From: Candidatus Bathyarchaeota archaeon
Lineage (GTDB): Archaea > Thermoproteota > Bathyarchaeia > Bathyarchaeales > Bathycorpusculaceae
NCBI GenBank assembly: GCA_963734505.1
Contig: CAVTHH010000011.1
Span: 8,196-72,195 of the forward strand
Direction: 5' to 3'
DNA length: 64,000 bases
The stretch's first letter is position 1. Each line of letters opens with the position of its first letter. The notes beneath the pieces are model-generated. The model ran no database searches and was not told the origin of the DNA. It worked only from the letters and a program-made list of their open reading frames with translations. A program made the position numbers and the translations under genes. This document shows positions 20,215 to 31,341 of this stretch, piece by piece.

Positions 20215-20477
20215 CTATTTTAGTAAGTCTTGGAGTCCAGCATATCTTCTGATGAACTCGAGTCCTTTCTCCGTTGTTATGTATTTCGTGCTGTCATCAG
20301 ACGACCGGAGTAATTCAAGCTTTAGTAGATGTCTTAAGAACTTTTGCATTCCAGAATATGACACGTTTGTCTTGTGCATTATTTGGGTCTCGCAGTCGGT
20401 TTCCTGCAAAGTTCAAGCACCTCTACAAGCATCTTGAACTGGCTTCGCTTGGCCTTGATGTCCGACCCGGCACCCAT
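20215..20477 (-). CDS. archaeal winged-helix regulator (HTH_45-like); one apparent indel ~20390
   Basis: KRSQFKMLVEVLELCRKPTA / TQIMHKTNVSY...L.HL....LL...KYITTEKGLEF. Confidence 0.7.
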
Positions 20478-20648
20478 CTTGGTTCAGCATCACGTTATAT
20501 ACTGCCAAACATAACGCTGAACCACCGTTTAAACTTTAACTCAACGGACTTGTATCTGCGTCGTACACATATACAAGTCGCATTATCTTGCTCTAATCAC
20601 AATTAACTGAAGAAGGCGAAGGGGCCACGCCCTTGCGAGAACGCCTGC

Positions 20649-20876
20649 TTAGTTCCTTCGGTACTCGAAAATGTTGTTCCAATTGTTCGGATTCGAGTAA
20701 CTTGCTTCTGGACCTTCTTGCCGAATCAAATCGAAGACACTCCAGAATTCGGTTTCAGTAAGTTTTTCCTTCCGTTTCAGCTTGTTCAGTATGACTGTTT
20801 CGTCTTCTGTGAGTTGGTTTTTTCTTCGAGTAAGAATCTTGATCAACTTCTCTTCGTTGAAAACTAATTTCTCCAT
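20649..20876 (-). CDS. hypothetical protein
   Basis: 75 aa, GGAGG SD upstream. Confidence 0.55.
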   Translation of the reverse strand: MEKLVFNEEKLIKILTRRKNQLTEDETVILNKLKRKEKLTETEFWSVFDLIRQEGPEASYSNPNNWNNIFEYRRN

Positions 20877-21049
20877 TTCCTCCAGACTCCCATTTTGCTC
20901 TTATTGGAAAAGCGAATATAAGGAAAGTTTCAGGCCGGAAATATTCTCAAAGCCAGAATAGCTCCCTGGAATAGCTTCCAAGATTAGCCCTTGAGATTCA
21001 AGCTGTCAGATATCTGAACCGTAAGAAAGAGAGTATACATGTCTCATGG

Positions 21050-21226
21050 TCATTCTGCACGCAGCAGGAGGAGAGGTTTTGATGCCTCCCTTTTCAAAAC
21101 ATCAATAACTTCAGCATCCTTAAGACAGACGCACTCTCTGGGTTCATCATCGGATGAATGCTCGCGCATAACAAAGTGTATCTCTCCATCCTTGGATACC
21201 ACTTTGATTATGTCTTTCTTCTTCAT
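21050..21226 (-). CDS. 58 aa hypothetical micro-protein
   Basis: manual translation MKKKDIIKVVSKDGEIHFVMREHSSDDEPRECVCLKDAEVIDVLKREASKPLLLLRAE. Confidence 0.4.
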   Translation of the reverse strand: MKKKDIIKVVSKDGEIHFVMREHSSDDEPRECVCLKDAEVIDVLKREASKPLLLLRAE

Positions 21227-21346
21227 AGTGCCTTCGGCACCTTAACACAAGTCGAGGACAACCTATGATGTTTCGGCTATACATAACTTATGAAGCAACA
21301 ATCCACTTTTGCTCTTTCCAACCAGCACGAACTATTTCTTTCATAC

Positions 21347-22720
21347 TCAATTTACCATGCTTGCCAGTTCATGTTTTCTATTCGCCAATTCGTAGGCAAG
21401 CCAGCTGAGAGGAACGATAGAAATGAACAAATATCTAACAATTGTGAAAACTAAATAACGGATTTGGGAAATAGGATAATAAGAAACCCAATAATCTGGC
21501 ATCCACCAGTTCTCATATACAAAATCCACTGAACTCATGACTAGACCAATCAGAATGGGCAACGTTATTGCGAGCAGTAAGCAGCTGACTTGTTCATTGC
21601 GAACTTGTTTTAATGCGCCGTTAAGGTACGGGGATAGAATCCACAAGTACGGTAAAAGGAAGAATAGGGAGAGGAGAGCGAAAATCCAGAATTGAACAAA
21701 AGCGCTTCCTACATCATTTGCAATGGAGTAGACGAGCGCTTCCTGCAGGTACGAACTGGGTTGCGAAGCCGTCCACAAATTCCAGACGGATCCGTCCCAA
21801 AAAAGTGCCAAGTTACGTAAGGTCCATGTTGACAACAAAGCAAAAAAGACTGCAATCGCTATCAGGTAGTTTCTGTTTTTGAAGACGCGCCAATTCATAT
21901 AATAGAATCTCCACAAGAAACCCGCAATGCCAGTTATTATGAAAAAATAGCCGAGACTGGCTTTAGTGAGGAAGCCCAGACCAGCGAATAACCCCGCAAG
22001 TATGATTCGGTTCCCTCTTTCAGGCTTGAGGCTTTCAAAAATGAAGAACACTGTTAGCGTGTACAGCATGAGGACCATGGGCTCTGCATAGTTTCTTGAT
22101 GTTGAAAAAATGAAGCTGGGTATAGTTGCCACAAGTCCAGTGGAAATTAAAGCCGGAGTCAAACCGTATAGGTTCTTTGTAACAAAGAAAACTACGATCA
22201 AGGATAGAGCAAAAATCACAAAATCCGCTATCTGTGTTCCTAAATGAACGGGTAAGAAAGTGTAGAATAGTGACAAGTACATTGGAAAAACTGGGGAGAA
22301 ATGATGCGTGTATAAGCCATCGACAATAAACTCACGATTTGCAAGAAACGATTGTGCCATTTGTTGATAAGTTAAGCCATCATGCATCCACGAATAGTGT
22401 GCCGGTGTCGCTGAAAACGTAAGCCAGCCAAACACGATAAAGGCTACAATAATTGCTACCAGAAAAACTGTGTTTACCGCCGTGCTTGGTGCTTCCAGAA
22501 TATGTAATTCACCCTTTTTGAAGAGCAATGTCACGCCGATGCCTGCAACCCCTATAATGGTGTACAAGCCGAAGAGAGCCATCGAAGCTTCACTGTGCAT
22601 GAACGCGACCCAATCATTCAGGTTTCCCTGGTAAGCTAAGAAAGCGAACAAGCAAAGTAAGAGGTAACCACACCCTATGATTGGAACAAGAAAACTCCAG
22701 TGGCCAATCTTCAAAGTCAC
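21347..22720 (-). CDS. GT-C fold glycosyltransferase (ArnT/PMT/GT39-like)
   Basis: multi-TM; HDGLTY..MA, HHFSPVFP..LS, YAEP, GLGFLTK motifs. Confidence 0.8.
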   Translation of the reverse strand: MTLKIGHWSFLVPIIGCGYLLLCLFAFLAYQGNLNDWVAFMHSEASMALFGLYTIIGVAGIGVTLLFKKGELHILEAPSTAVNTVFLVAIIVAFIVFGWLTFSATPAHYSWMHDGLTYQQMAQSFLANREFIVDGLYTHHFSPVFPMYLSLFYTFLPVHLGTQIADFVIFALSLIVVFFVTKNLYGLTPALISTGLVATIPSFIFSTSRNYAEPMVLMLYTLTVFFIFESLKPERGNRIILAGLFAGLGFLTKASLGYFFIITGIAGFLWRFYYMNWRVFKNRNYLIAIAVFFALLSTWTLRNLALFWDGSVWNLWTASQPSSYLQEALVYSIANDVGSAFVQFWIFALLSLFFLLPYLWILSPYLNGALKQVRNEQVSCLLLAITLPILIGLVMSSVDFVYENWWMPDYWVSYYPISQIRYLVFTIVRYLFISIVPLSWLAYELANRKHELASMVN

Positions 22721-22789
22721 ATCTAAGCTGCTATCGCTTAGGTTGCATAATTATTTTGCTAAAAAGGGCTCGCGTAAGTTTAGAGTCCA

Positions 22790-23086
22790 CTATTGTACAG
22801 TCATGAAGGAGGCAATCAGCAAAACCATCCCACAATAGAGAACATACATTCCCGCAGAAATCTTCCCCGCATCAGTTTGGAGTGAGTTGATTTGCCCCAT
22901 TCCTCCCATAAGTATGGCAGCGCTTAAGAACGCATCCACCCACGGTAGCCCTTAAAACGCGTTATAACCTACCATTCCGATAATGAGCGAAATGACAATC
23001 AACCCGACCGAGATTGACGTGAATTTCACCAGGCGCTTTAAAAAACTGCATCGTGACAAACGTTTTTCGTGACGACATTCAAACAT
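22790..23086 (-). pseudogene. small K-channel-like (Ion_trans_2-type) membrane protein with internal stop
   Basis: MFE.RHE.....FLKRL...IIGMVGY.AF*GLPWVDAFL.AA.LMGGMG.....TDAGK; in-frame TAA at 22952-22954. Confidence 0.65.
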
Positions 23087-23174
23087 TACTGCCGATCATC
23101 GCTTCAAGTATGCATGGTCGCTGTTCAAGATTTCCATTTTGGAACTTCTGTGCACACCTTATTTTAGGACATTT

Positions 23175-23351
23175 CTATTCGAACTGCTGCCTGTCTCTCT
23201 CAAATAGTAGATAATGATTCGTCCCCAACGTAATAGCCGCATTTCCAGCAACAGCATATGTATGAAGACTCCAACCAGCCTTCTCTGCCTCTTCTATAGT
23301 CTTGCCCACGTTATCATGATGTCCAACTAACACGCATTTCCACTCCTTCAA
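23175..23351 (-). CDS. 58 aa DUF4177-like micro-protein
   Basis: AGGAGGTG SD, TTG start, KEWKCV...IEEAEKAGWSL...HYLLFER. Confidence 0.65.
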   Translation of the reverse strand: MKEWKCVLVGHHDNVGKTIEEAEKAGWSLHTYAVAGNAAITLGTNHYLLFERDRQQFE

Positions 23352-23557
23352 CTAGACAACACCTCCTTCTCCATTACTTCCAAAACCGGGTAGGGCATAA
23401 TAACTCACTCCAACGGACTCCTATTTACAAGGCTCGCTGCCAAATAAAATTTCGGCCCTAGCAAAAATCTTGGGAAAAAGCAAAATCATTAACAGGAAAC
23501 ACCTCAGTACTACAGCCTTATAAACGGCCGATCGATGAAGAATCCAGGCTGAAGGCA

Positions 23558-24160
23558 ATGTTGATAATAGGCTTAGATCTGGCAGGAGTCGAGACCCGAC
23601 CCACAGGCTTTTGCCTCCTTGCCGGAATGAAGGTATAAACTTGCCTGCTATATACAAATGAAGAAATCTTGAAGAAAATTGATGAGAGCAAACCTCAAGT
23701 AATCGCGATCGATGCGCCCTTGAGTCTTCCTCCGGGACGAAAAACAATCGAGGACAGGTCAGGCGTCCACCTAAGAGAAAGCGACAGAGAACTACTAAAG
23801 AAGCGAATAAAGTTTTTTCCCATAACGCTCGGAGTCATGAGAAAACTGACTGAACGCGGCGTGTACCTAAGAAGAGTCCTCGAAAGCAAGAATTTCAGGG
23901 CAATAGAAGTCTACCCTGGAGGCGCACAAGATGTGCTGGAAATTCCTCGAAAACAAAAAGGCCTCGATAAGCTGAAGGCGGGGTTGGAGAAACTAGGAAT
24001 AGAAGCGTTAAAAGATGGACTTAGCGATCATGAACTTGATGCTGTCACTTGCGCGTTCGTGGGAAAACTCTTCTTGGAAGGCAAAAGCACGATCTATGGA
24101 GAGCAAGAACAGGGCATAGTAATGCCCAAAGCGGAAAAATCCCGTGAAATCGGGCTTTGA
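23558..24160 (+). pseudogene. DUF429 RNase H-fold predicted nuclease with in-frame TAA at codon 27
   Basis: IIGLDLAG....TGFC upstream of TAA 23636-23638, then IAIDAPLSLP, IEVYPG, HELDAVTCA in the same frame. Confidence 0.75.
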
Positions 24161-24168
24161 AGCCTGTC

Positions 24169-24264
24169 TTACAATCTCCTCTTCCGTTGGAGGTAACAGT
24201 CTATACATTCTGCTCTGCCGTTCTCAAACACGTTCGCATTAGTACCGCATGAACACTTAGTCAT
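24169..24264 (-). CDS. 31 aa Zn-finger micro-protein
   Basis: MTKCSCGTNANVFENGRAECIDCYLQRKRRL, GAGGTG SD upstream. Confidence 0.45.
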   Translation of the reverse strand: MTKCSCGTNANVFENGRAECIDCYLQRKRRL

Positions 24265-24711
24265 ACACTACACCTCTCCTTTCCCTAAACATGCTCGATT
24301 GAACTGTTTTTTTTCAGTTTTCACCGTTGAGGACACGATGGACCATTTACTCGATGCAGAAACGCCTAAGCGGGTCTAAACGTTTTCTAAGTCTGCCTCA
24401 GTTTCAAAGTCGGAGAAAACGCCGTAGGCTATCGAACGATCAAGGATTGTTATTCTCGTTTTTCTGATGTCTATTGACCATGCTTTTGAGCGCCATTTTT
24501 TCACAGCTTGATTCTTTCGGCCGAATAGGTTCATCATTTTGCTTTCCTCAAACAAGGTACATGGTGTATTAATAAAGCGGTTATTCTCGAAGTGACTTAA
24601 TCGTGCATATGAACTATCGTGTGTTCAGAAATACTATGAAAATCGAAATACGCCTTTAAAACCGCCACCGCTACGTTAATGTTGTAGGAGAAAGGAGGAG
24701 GAGCCTACCCC

Positions 24712-24816
24712 ATGAACAATTTGGCAAACTTGTTCAACTTCGGACTATACATGTTCGTATTCATAATGATAGTTGTCGTTGTAACAGGATTCTTATGGGC
24801 CAAATACGGCAGGTAA
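24712..24816 (+). CDS. 34 aa single-TM micro-protein
   Basis: GGAGGAGG SD; MNNLANLFNFGLYMFVFIMIVVVVTGFLWAKYGR. Confidence 0.5.
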   Translation: MNNLANLFNFGLYMFVFIMIVVVVTGFLWAKYGR

Positions 24817-25068
24817 CATCCAGCATCTTTGGCCATCTTCATTCTCTAGGATTAAACTATCCTACATAAACGACGTGTATTTCTGTTGTGCATGCAACTC
24901 AGAACGTTTATCTATAATTCGTCAGACGTCAAATGTGAGAGAAGCTGAACAGCCAAACTGCCGAATATTCCTGATGCAGAATGGTAATTCTTGTGATTGG
25001 CTCTGAGGTTAGTCCTCTCTGGGGTCAAGTCGATCGTTAATACCTGAATAGGTATAGAGTGAAAACAG

Positions 25069-25617
25069 ATGAGAGGACTCATGGTGGTCATCTACGCCAT
25101 TGCTTTTTTCCTACTAGTTGTTAGCATAATATCGATTCCTCAAGATGAGTGGCGATTGATGAGCAATGGCGAGATTCTTGCGCTTGGTTTTTCAGTGTTA
25201 GTCGGATTTTCCGGTATTCTGTTGTCCTATTTCGCTTATGTTGACGGAAAGGTTTTGACCGCCTTGCAGATGGGATCCAAGCTTGAAGAGATACAAAAGG
25301 TCAAAGATCTGCGTAGTGAACATGGCATATCGTTTACTATGGCTCATGTTAAGGTTGATCAACTCAATCGTCCCCAATTTGGAGAATTGAAAAGCAGATC
25401 GGCCAACAATAAGAAGGAAATGGTGAAAGAGATTGTTTCTGAAGCACATGCTCTGACCAAGAACGAGTATCTTGAAACAACAAGTGCTGGTGATGTGTCC
25501 GTTAAAATACTGGAGGATTTGGCAAAGAAACTTGGGTCTGAATTCACAGTTGCGCAAGGTTCAGCATCGGGAAGAGGGAGCGTCCTGTACATTAAGCACG
25601 CAGACTCGTTACCATAA
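25069..25617 (+). CDS. hypothetical membrane protein
   Basis: two N-terminal TMs plus soluble domain. Confidence 0.6.
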   Translation: MRGLMVVIYAIAFFLLVVSIISIPQDEWRLMSNGEILALGFSVLVGFSGILLSYFAYVDGKVLTALQMGSKLEEIQKVKDLRSEHGISFTMAHVKVDQLNRPQFGELKSRSANNKKEMVKEIVSEAHALTKNEYLETTSAGDVSVKILEDLAKKLGSEFTVAQGSASGRGSVLYIKHADSLP

Positions 25618-25647
25618 GCATAAAATCATCATAATTTCTGTCTAATC

Positions 25648-26171
25648 TCAACGCGCATTCTGGCTTTTCCTATAGACCATTACCCCAGCGATGGCGAACA
25701 ACAAAACTAAAAACACAGGCAGAATTGACGTAAACTCTGGTATACCCTGAACCTTGGTTTCATAGAGTGTCCAAGCATACGGAGAGAACTCATTTGGATA
25801 TCCTTCTTTTCAAGGTAATCGCCCAGAAATATAGCCTCATTAACATTTAAGAAATGGGTGGAATTATGATCAATGTAGGGAACAGCAACAACCCTATAAC
25901 CAGTGCCTCTTGCATCCAAGACATAGAGATCGTCCACATCCAGGTAAACAGTTTTCCCAGAGATCACAGAGTCCAATGCTGCTTTCGCCTCGTCATACCC
26001 CGCTTGACCTATCTCACTTGCATTGACATCTGCCATTCTGATGGTGTATTTGGTGCCGTTTACAGCCCTAATTTCAAAAGTGTCCCCATCAACAACATGA
26101 GTCACTGTCCCGTTCATCTCTCCCGGCAGGGCAAAAACATAACCGGGGACTTCCAAGAGAAGAAGAAACAT
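25648..26171 (-). CDS. thermonuclease (SNase)-family surface protein with PEF-CTERM anchor; one apparent indel ~25798
   Basis: VVDGDTF, IRMADVNASE; shifted frame gives ...GIPEFTSILPVFLVLLFAIAGVMVYRKSQNAR. Confidence 0.75.
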
Positions 26172-26177
26172 TGCATT

Positions 26178-26894
26178 TCATGCCAATTCTGCCGTTAGTA
26201 CCACGATGACCCGCACCTCTATATCTCCCAATACGATCGGCGTCTCAACGTTTTGATCGTCCTTCGCCATCGCAGCTCGCATAAGAAAGGGTTCACGAAG
26301 ATTCCCGCCAAGATTCTGCTCCTCAATTCGCATTATACCGCCGATGACCTTTCCCGCACCGGCTGCAATTGCTTTCGCACGACCGAGTGCAGCCTGCACG
26401 GCCAATTGGAGTGCCTCGGTCTCTACCGCCCCCTCGTCTTTGAGACCGAAACGTGGACCCGAAATCGTCAGCGCTGTCTCGCGAGTTGCATTGGCAGCGT
26501 CAATCACATCGCCCAGACGATCCAGTTTGTCCACCCGAACATCAATCTGATTCCGCACGAGGTAGCCTCTCACCGTGCCACGACCGTTCTTCCATTCAAT
26601 CTCTGGCGTGAGATTATACCCAGTTGTCCGAATCGCGTCAGCTGAGAGACCCAAGTCGAGAAGTTTCGATTGGACTATTGTCATGGTTTCGGCGCTCATT
26701 CGTCGCGCCTCATCGGCTTTCGTGTCCCTGGTCTCGGTGGATAATGAAAGCCAAGCCTGATCCGGCGCTCGCTTTACCGTAGCTTCACCATACGTTACAA
26801 CGACTGGATGTTTTGAACTAGTCCGAGTGAAACTATGCTCCGAACAAGAATTTGATTTCATGGCTTCTCTACAATCTGCGACTCGTATATACAC
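26178..26894 (-). CDS. SIMPL (DUF541) domain protein
   Basis: VTYGEATV..APDQA, IRTTGYNL.P, GY.VRNQI, A..RA..IA motifs; start probably downstream. Confidence 0.85.
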   Translation of the reverse strand: MYIRVADCREAMKSNSCSEHSFTRTSSKHPVVVTYGEATVKRAPDQAWLSLSTETRDTKADEARRMSAETMTIVQSKLLDLGLSADAIRTTGYNLTPEIEWKNGRGTVRGYLVRNQIDVRVDKLDRLGDVIDAANATRETALTISGPRFGLKDEGAVETEALQLAVQAALGRAKAIAAGAGKVIGGIMRIEEQNLGGNLREPFLMRAAMAKDDQNVETPIVLGDIEVRVIVVLTAELA

Positions 26895-26955
26895 CTAACG
26901 CATTCGCGCAAAGCCCCGCCGAACTAACAAGTTGTTGCTATGTAGAAAGAAAAGG

Positions 26956-27843
26956 TCATATCACAAGCCAGGTTCCTATTAACATCAAAGCTATAGCAGA
27001 GATTTTTAACGATACTATTGATCTGTTTATCTCTTCCTTGAGGATTCTAGGCAGAAAAGTGCTCAGAAATAGAATATAGAAAAAGACGAAAAAAGGTTGC
27101 AGACCGAACAAAGAGGAGGCTAATGAAGCGTTAACCAAAGACAACGCTACAAGCGAGCATAGAGTGCCGGCAACGTACAACCCTTCTCCAATGAAAGTGG
27201 TTATCACAGCCTTTTTCCCAGCTCCAATTACAGCCTTAACAGTCTCTCTTCGCAGTCTCGGAATAGAAAACAATAACAGCGCTCCGCAAAAAGTCCCTAT
27301 TATATTCCAGAAGAACAGCGATGAGTAATCCAAATAGCCTAGAAGAATTTTGTCCGAGATCGTATAGGACGCTATTATCACTCCGAAGGGAACCATGAAT
27401 TTCAAGGCACTGGAGAACGGTTTACCTCCTGACTTCCTATAGGATATCAGCATTGAAGCGACCACGATCAGGGAAATCCCAAGATATTTCTGAACCCCAA
27501 GCACCTCATCAAGAAAGATAACTGATAGCAAGACCACAAAAACAGGAATGAGCTGAAACAACGTAATTATTCTCGTGACTTCCTCAGTGAGAAGAGCCTT
27601 AGAATAAAACCAAAACCCGGCTAAAGGCATCAAACCCACCAGCAAACCAATAACTGAATATGGAAAAGAAACCCTAACCGGAACAAGAACATAGACTGCC
27701 AATGCAAAGATTGCATCCATAAGGACAACGGTGAAAATCGTGGCAAAATAGCTGTGAAACTTTTTAGTGATTAGAAACTTGATGAAAACGTTGTTCATTG
27801 CCCAAAAAGCGGGAGCCAGCAAAGCAACGACATACCATTCCAT
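26956..27843 (-). CDS. EamA/DMT family transporter
   Basis: 10 TM, two repeats, IFLDEVL...YLGI and ILKEEI motifs. Confidence 0.85.
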   Translation of the reverse strand: MEWYVVALLAPAFWAMNNVFIKFLITKKFHSYFATIFTVVLMDAIFALAVYVLVPVRVSFPYSVIGLLVGLMPLAGFWFYSKALLTEEVTRIITLFQLIPVFVVLLSVIFLDEVLGVQKYLGISLIVVASMLISYRKSGGKPFSSALKFMVPFGVIIASYTISDKILLGYLDYSSLFFWNIIGTFCGALLLFSIPRLRRETVKAVIGAGKKAVITTFIGEGLYVAGTLCSLVALSLVNASLASSLFGLQPFFVFFYILFLSTFLPRILKEEINRSIVSLKISAIALMLIGTWLVI

Positions 27844-28034
27844 AGCTTATCAACTTGACTTCGGCAGTTATCAGTAATTACCTTTCCCTCTTAAAAGCAA
27901 ACGATGACGGACGCAAGTTGAATTTCAATTCGGACTAAAATCTTGGATCAAAATCTATTCCATAAACTAATGTTTCAACGCTACTAAGAAGTTTTATAGT
28001 TGATCTGTGGAGACAGCAATAGGGGCTTTCGAGT

Positions 28035-28556
28035 TTGCTTGAAGGGAAGGTTGTAAACCTTCGAATTATGGAGAAAGAAGACCTTCCAATCTTGAAGGAA
28101 TGGGATAATGAAATCGGTATCATGGGGGAATATGAGCCGATCATTCAGGAAACCAAGGCCGACTTGGAACGGCAATTTGACAAATCGACGGACGGCCAAT
28201 GGTTCTTCATAGAGAAGAAAGAAGGAACCAAAATAGGACTTATCGCTCATTTCGTCGCACATGGCACCGTGATAGGGTACGCAGTCCTTCCAAATGAAAG
28301 ACGTAAAGGCTACGGCAGCGAAGCAATCGAGATTATCGTAGATTACCTGTTTCTTACGAAAAACATAGTCCGCATTCAAGCTGAAACCCACCCCGAAAAT
28401 ATCGCGTCACAAAGAGTTCTGGAGAAAGCAGGCTTCAAAAAAGAGGGAATAATAAGAAAATCATTCTTCAGCAGAGGAGTCTGGAGAGATACAGCCATGT
28501 TCAGCATCATCAGAGAAGAATGGAAAGAACCAAAAATACTGACAAGAACAACTTGA
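28035..28556 (+). CDS. RimJ/RimL-type GNAT N-acetyltransferase
   Basis: RRKGYGSEA, NIASQRVLEKAGFKKEG. Confidence 0.9.
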   Translation: MLEGKVVNLRIMEKEDLPILKEWDNEIGIMGEYEPIIQETKADLERQFDKSTDGQWFFIEKKEGTKIGLIAHFVAHGTVIGYAVLPNERRKGYGSEAIEIIVDYLFLTKNIVRIQAETHPENIASQRVLEKAGFKKEGIIRKSFFSRGVWRDTAMFSIIREEWKEPKILTRTT

Positions 28557-28670
28557 ACCGACACGCTGAACTAGATTTTGATGGATCCCAAACGTTATTT
28601 ATGCTTACAAATCCATAAGGACAGGAGCAATTAGTTCCCAAAAAATAGAAAAAGGGGCATCGACCTCAGA

Positions 28671-30274
28671 ATGGATATACTGGCAATCGCTTTCGGCATT
28701 GTTGGCGGCTTAGCGATATTTCTCTACGGTTTGATATTACTAAGCGATGGCCTAAAGAAAGTCGTCGGCGAAAAACTTAAGCAGCTCCTTTCTAAGATGA
28801 CCAGCAATCCTATAAAAGGCGCCTTTTTTGGCGCCATAACATCCGCGACTGTCCACAGCGGCTTAACGATGGTTATTCTTATTGGCTTAATCAACGCAGG
28901 CGTTCTGACCTTGAGTCAAGGTATAGGAGTCATGCTTGGAAGCGAAATTGGCACAACAATAACTGCTCAAATAGTAGCTTCCGACATGGAATTATTTTTT
29001 ATCCCATGATCGCAATTGGGTTCCTCCTGTCGATTGTGGCCAAGAACAAAAGGTACAAGAGTATAGGTCAGGTATTGCTGAGTCTCGGCCTGGTCTACTT
29101 AGGAATGAATATTTTGTCCGGGAGTATTCGACCTCTGCAAGACGAGCCTGCTCTGGAAATCTTTCTTTATAATCTCGGGCAGTTCCCAATAACTGGATTG
29201 CTTGCAGGAATGTTACTAACTGGTGCTCTAAACAGCAGTACAGCTCTGATGGGGCTTGTACTTTCTCTGGGAATAAACAACATGATTACTCTAGAAGTCG
29301 CCATAGCCATTATTCTGGGAGCCAATATAGGATCATGCGTAACCGGGATGATGGCTGCCGTCGGATCATCCCTCTCATCTAAAAGACTGCCCCTAACTCA
29401 GGTTGTAGTTAACATAATTGGAGCGCTGATATTCTTCCCTTTCATAACCAACTTTGCTGGATTAATTGCCATGACATCGGCAGATCTGCCTAGACAAATC
29501 GCAAATGCCCACACTATTTTCAATGTAGCGGTTTCACTAATTATGCTGCCATTGGTGGGTTTTCTAGCATCAATTGTGACGAGACTTATGCCAGGAGAGG
29601 AGGTCAGAATCAAGAGAGGAACAGAGTACATAGATGATAAACTCCTGGCTGCCCCGTCCATCGCCTTGTCTCAAGCTGAAAAAGAAGTTCACAGAATGGG
29701 CCATTTAACATACGAGATGCTGGATAAAGCAATGTCAGCTTTACAGAATGACAAGAAAGAGGCAATAGCAAAAGTGAAGGAGCTGGAAGGGATTGTGGAC
29801 GAAATCTATCATGCTATTGACAAATTCTTGGACGAGAGCCGATTTGTAAACCTGAGTGACCAGGAACTAAAGAAATTTGCTTATCTGAAGCACAGTCTTA
29901 ATGATATTGAACGAGTTGGAGATCACGCTAATAATCTGGCTGAATTAGCAGAAAGGAAACTGAAGAAGGCTTTGACATTTTCAGAAGACGCTAAAAATGA
30001 GCTGGATACCATGGGTATGAAAGCGAAGATGATTTATGAAAAAGCTTTGATTGCCCTTGAGGGTGAAAGTGAGGAAGTTGTCAAGACAGTTCGGGAACTG
30101 GAGGCAGAAATTGACCGTTTGCAGAGAGTTTTTGAAGCCAACCACATCCGAAGACTGGAGAACAAAATATGCAATCCGCTGGGCGGAATAATTTTTGTTG
30201 ATATTCTCAGAAACTTGGAACGGGTTGGTGATCACTCAACTAATATTGCAGATGCGATCTTGCTAGGTTTCTAA
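28671..30274 (+). CDS. Na+/Pi cotransporter with PhoU domains; one apparent indel ~28987
   Basis: GGLAIFLYG, GSEIGTTITAQ, GANIGSC, RQIANAH.IFN, two ERVGDH PhoU motifs. Confidence 0.88.
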
Positions 30275-30525
30275 TTTGCCGCATGGCGATCGTCTTTTTG
30301 AGTCGGTTGGATTGAACACGGCATATCCTGCATAACTCGGGATTGCTCCCGGGAATTGTTGCAGTTAGCACGTGAGATTTTGTTCATATTCAAGCTTTGG
30401 GCTTAAATAGTCGATTAAGCATATTGTGATTGTAATAGGAAGAATTCTTAGAGAATCTTTCCGGGATCTCTGTGAAGTTTCTGTTTTATTACAAAAGTCG
30501 CGCCTTAAAATGTGGAATGAATTAA

Positions 30526-30741
30526 ATGGAAGTTGTTTCAGGAACTATTTTCAAAATGGAAGCTAGCATTAAAGCTAAGCTTCTGGCAGCCAGGGCAGTC
30601 TCACGAGACGAAGCAGTGACTATCCAAGATGCTCACTTCGACATGCAGGAGCTAAACTGGTTAAGCTACATCGCCGGCGGGCTGTTTGCAGACGTAAAGA
30701 AGACAACAGATAGACGATATTACGTCACGGTTTCGAAGTAG
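30526..30741 (+). CDS. small hypothetical protein
   Basis: 71 aa ORF ending TTDRRYYV (wing-like). Confidence 0.55.
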   Translation: MEVVSGTIFKMEASIKAKLLAARAVSRDEAVTIQDAHFDMQELNWLSYIAGGLFADVKKTTDRRYYVTVSK

Positions 30742-30873
30742 GCTAGCCTTCTTCAGTTCAGACATGTATTCCTTCAAGTCCGCAGAAAGGTAATCTACGT
30801 GCGCTGGGAGCGAAAAGTTTTTCAAAAATGTTCCCCTTTACATTACCAGTTTCTAATACACTATTTCTGATAG

Positions 30874-31140
30874 TTGATTTTGATGAGCAAGAAAAGAAAA
30901 ATGAAACATGTTGACACTGACGATGTTGACAAGCAAGAACAGGAAACAGACACTGAAGATATCTATAATGATGAACAAAGAGAAGAGATGCTTGACGAAG
31001 ACGAAATATCGGCATCTGAAAATGCCTTCATGCAAGGCAGAGAACAGGAACCTCCCAGAAGAAAGGTCCAGAAACAGAAAATTAGTCACGATGACTCGGC
31101 GTCTGTTGAACTGGCCAAAGACGAATACCAGAAAGATTAA
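30874..31140 (+). CDS. small acidic hypothetical protein
   Basis: DIYNDEQREEMLDEDEISASENAFMQG. Confidence 0.65.
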   Translation: MILMSKKRKMKHVDTDDVDKQEQETDTEDIYNDEQREEMLDEDEISASENAFMQGREQEPPRRKVQKQKISHDDSASVELAKDEYQKD

Positions 31141-31341
31141 CCTGAAGCCTGAGACATCTAATTATGCTCGTGCTGCACGCGCGCGTTCGACTCTTAGAAT
31201 ACGTATAGTTGTTGGATTTCTTTTGGGCAAACCTGAGTACGTTCAAAATAGCTTTTGCAGTTCCACGAGTACGTGTGCTTCCTCGGTCTGCAAAAAAGTT
31301 ATTATGCATTAGAGTTCAAAGAGTTATCGGATGTTAAAAAT

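Noticed and set aside
22952-23638. Stop-codon reassignment of TAA
   Set aside because: Many intact genes in the window end in TAA.
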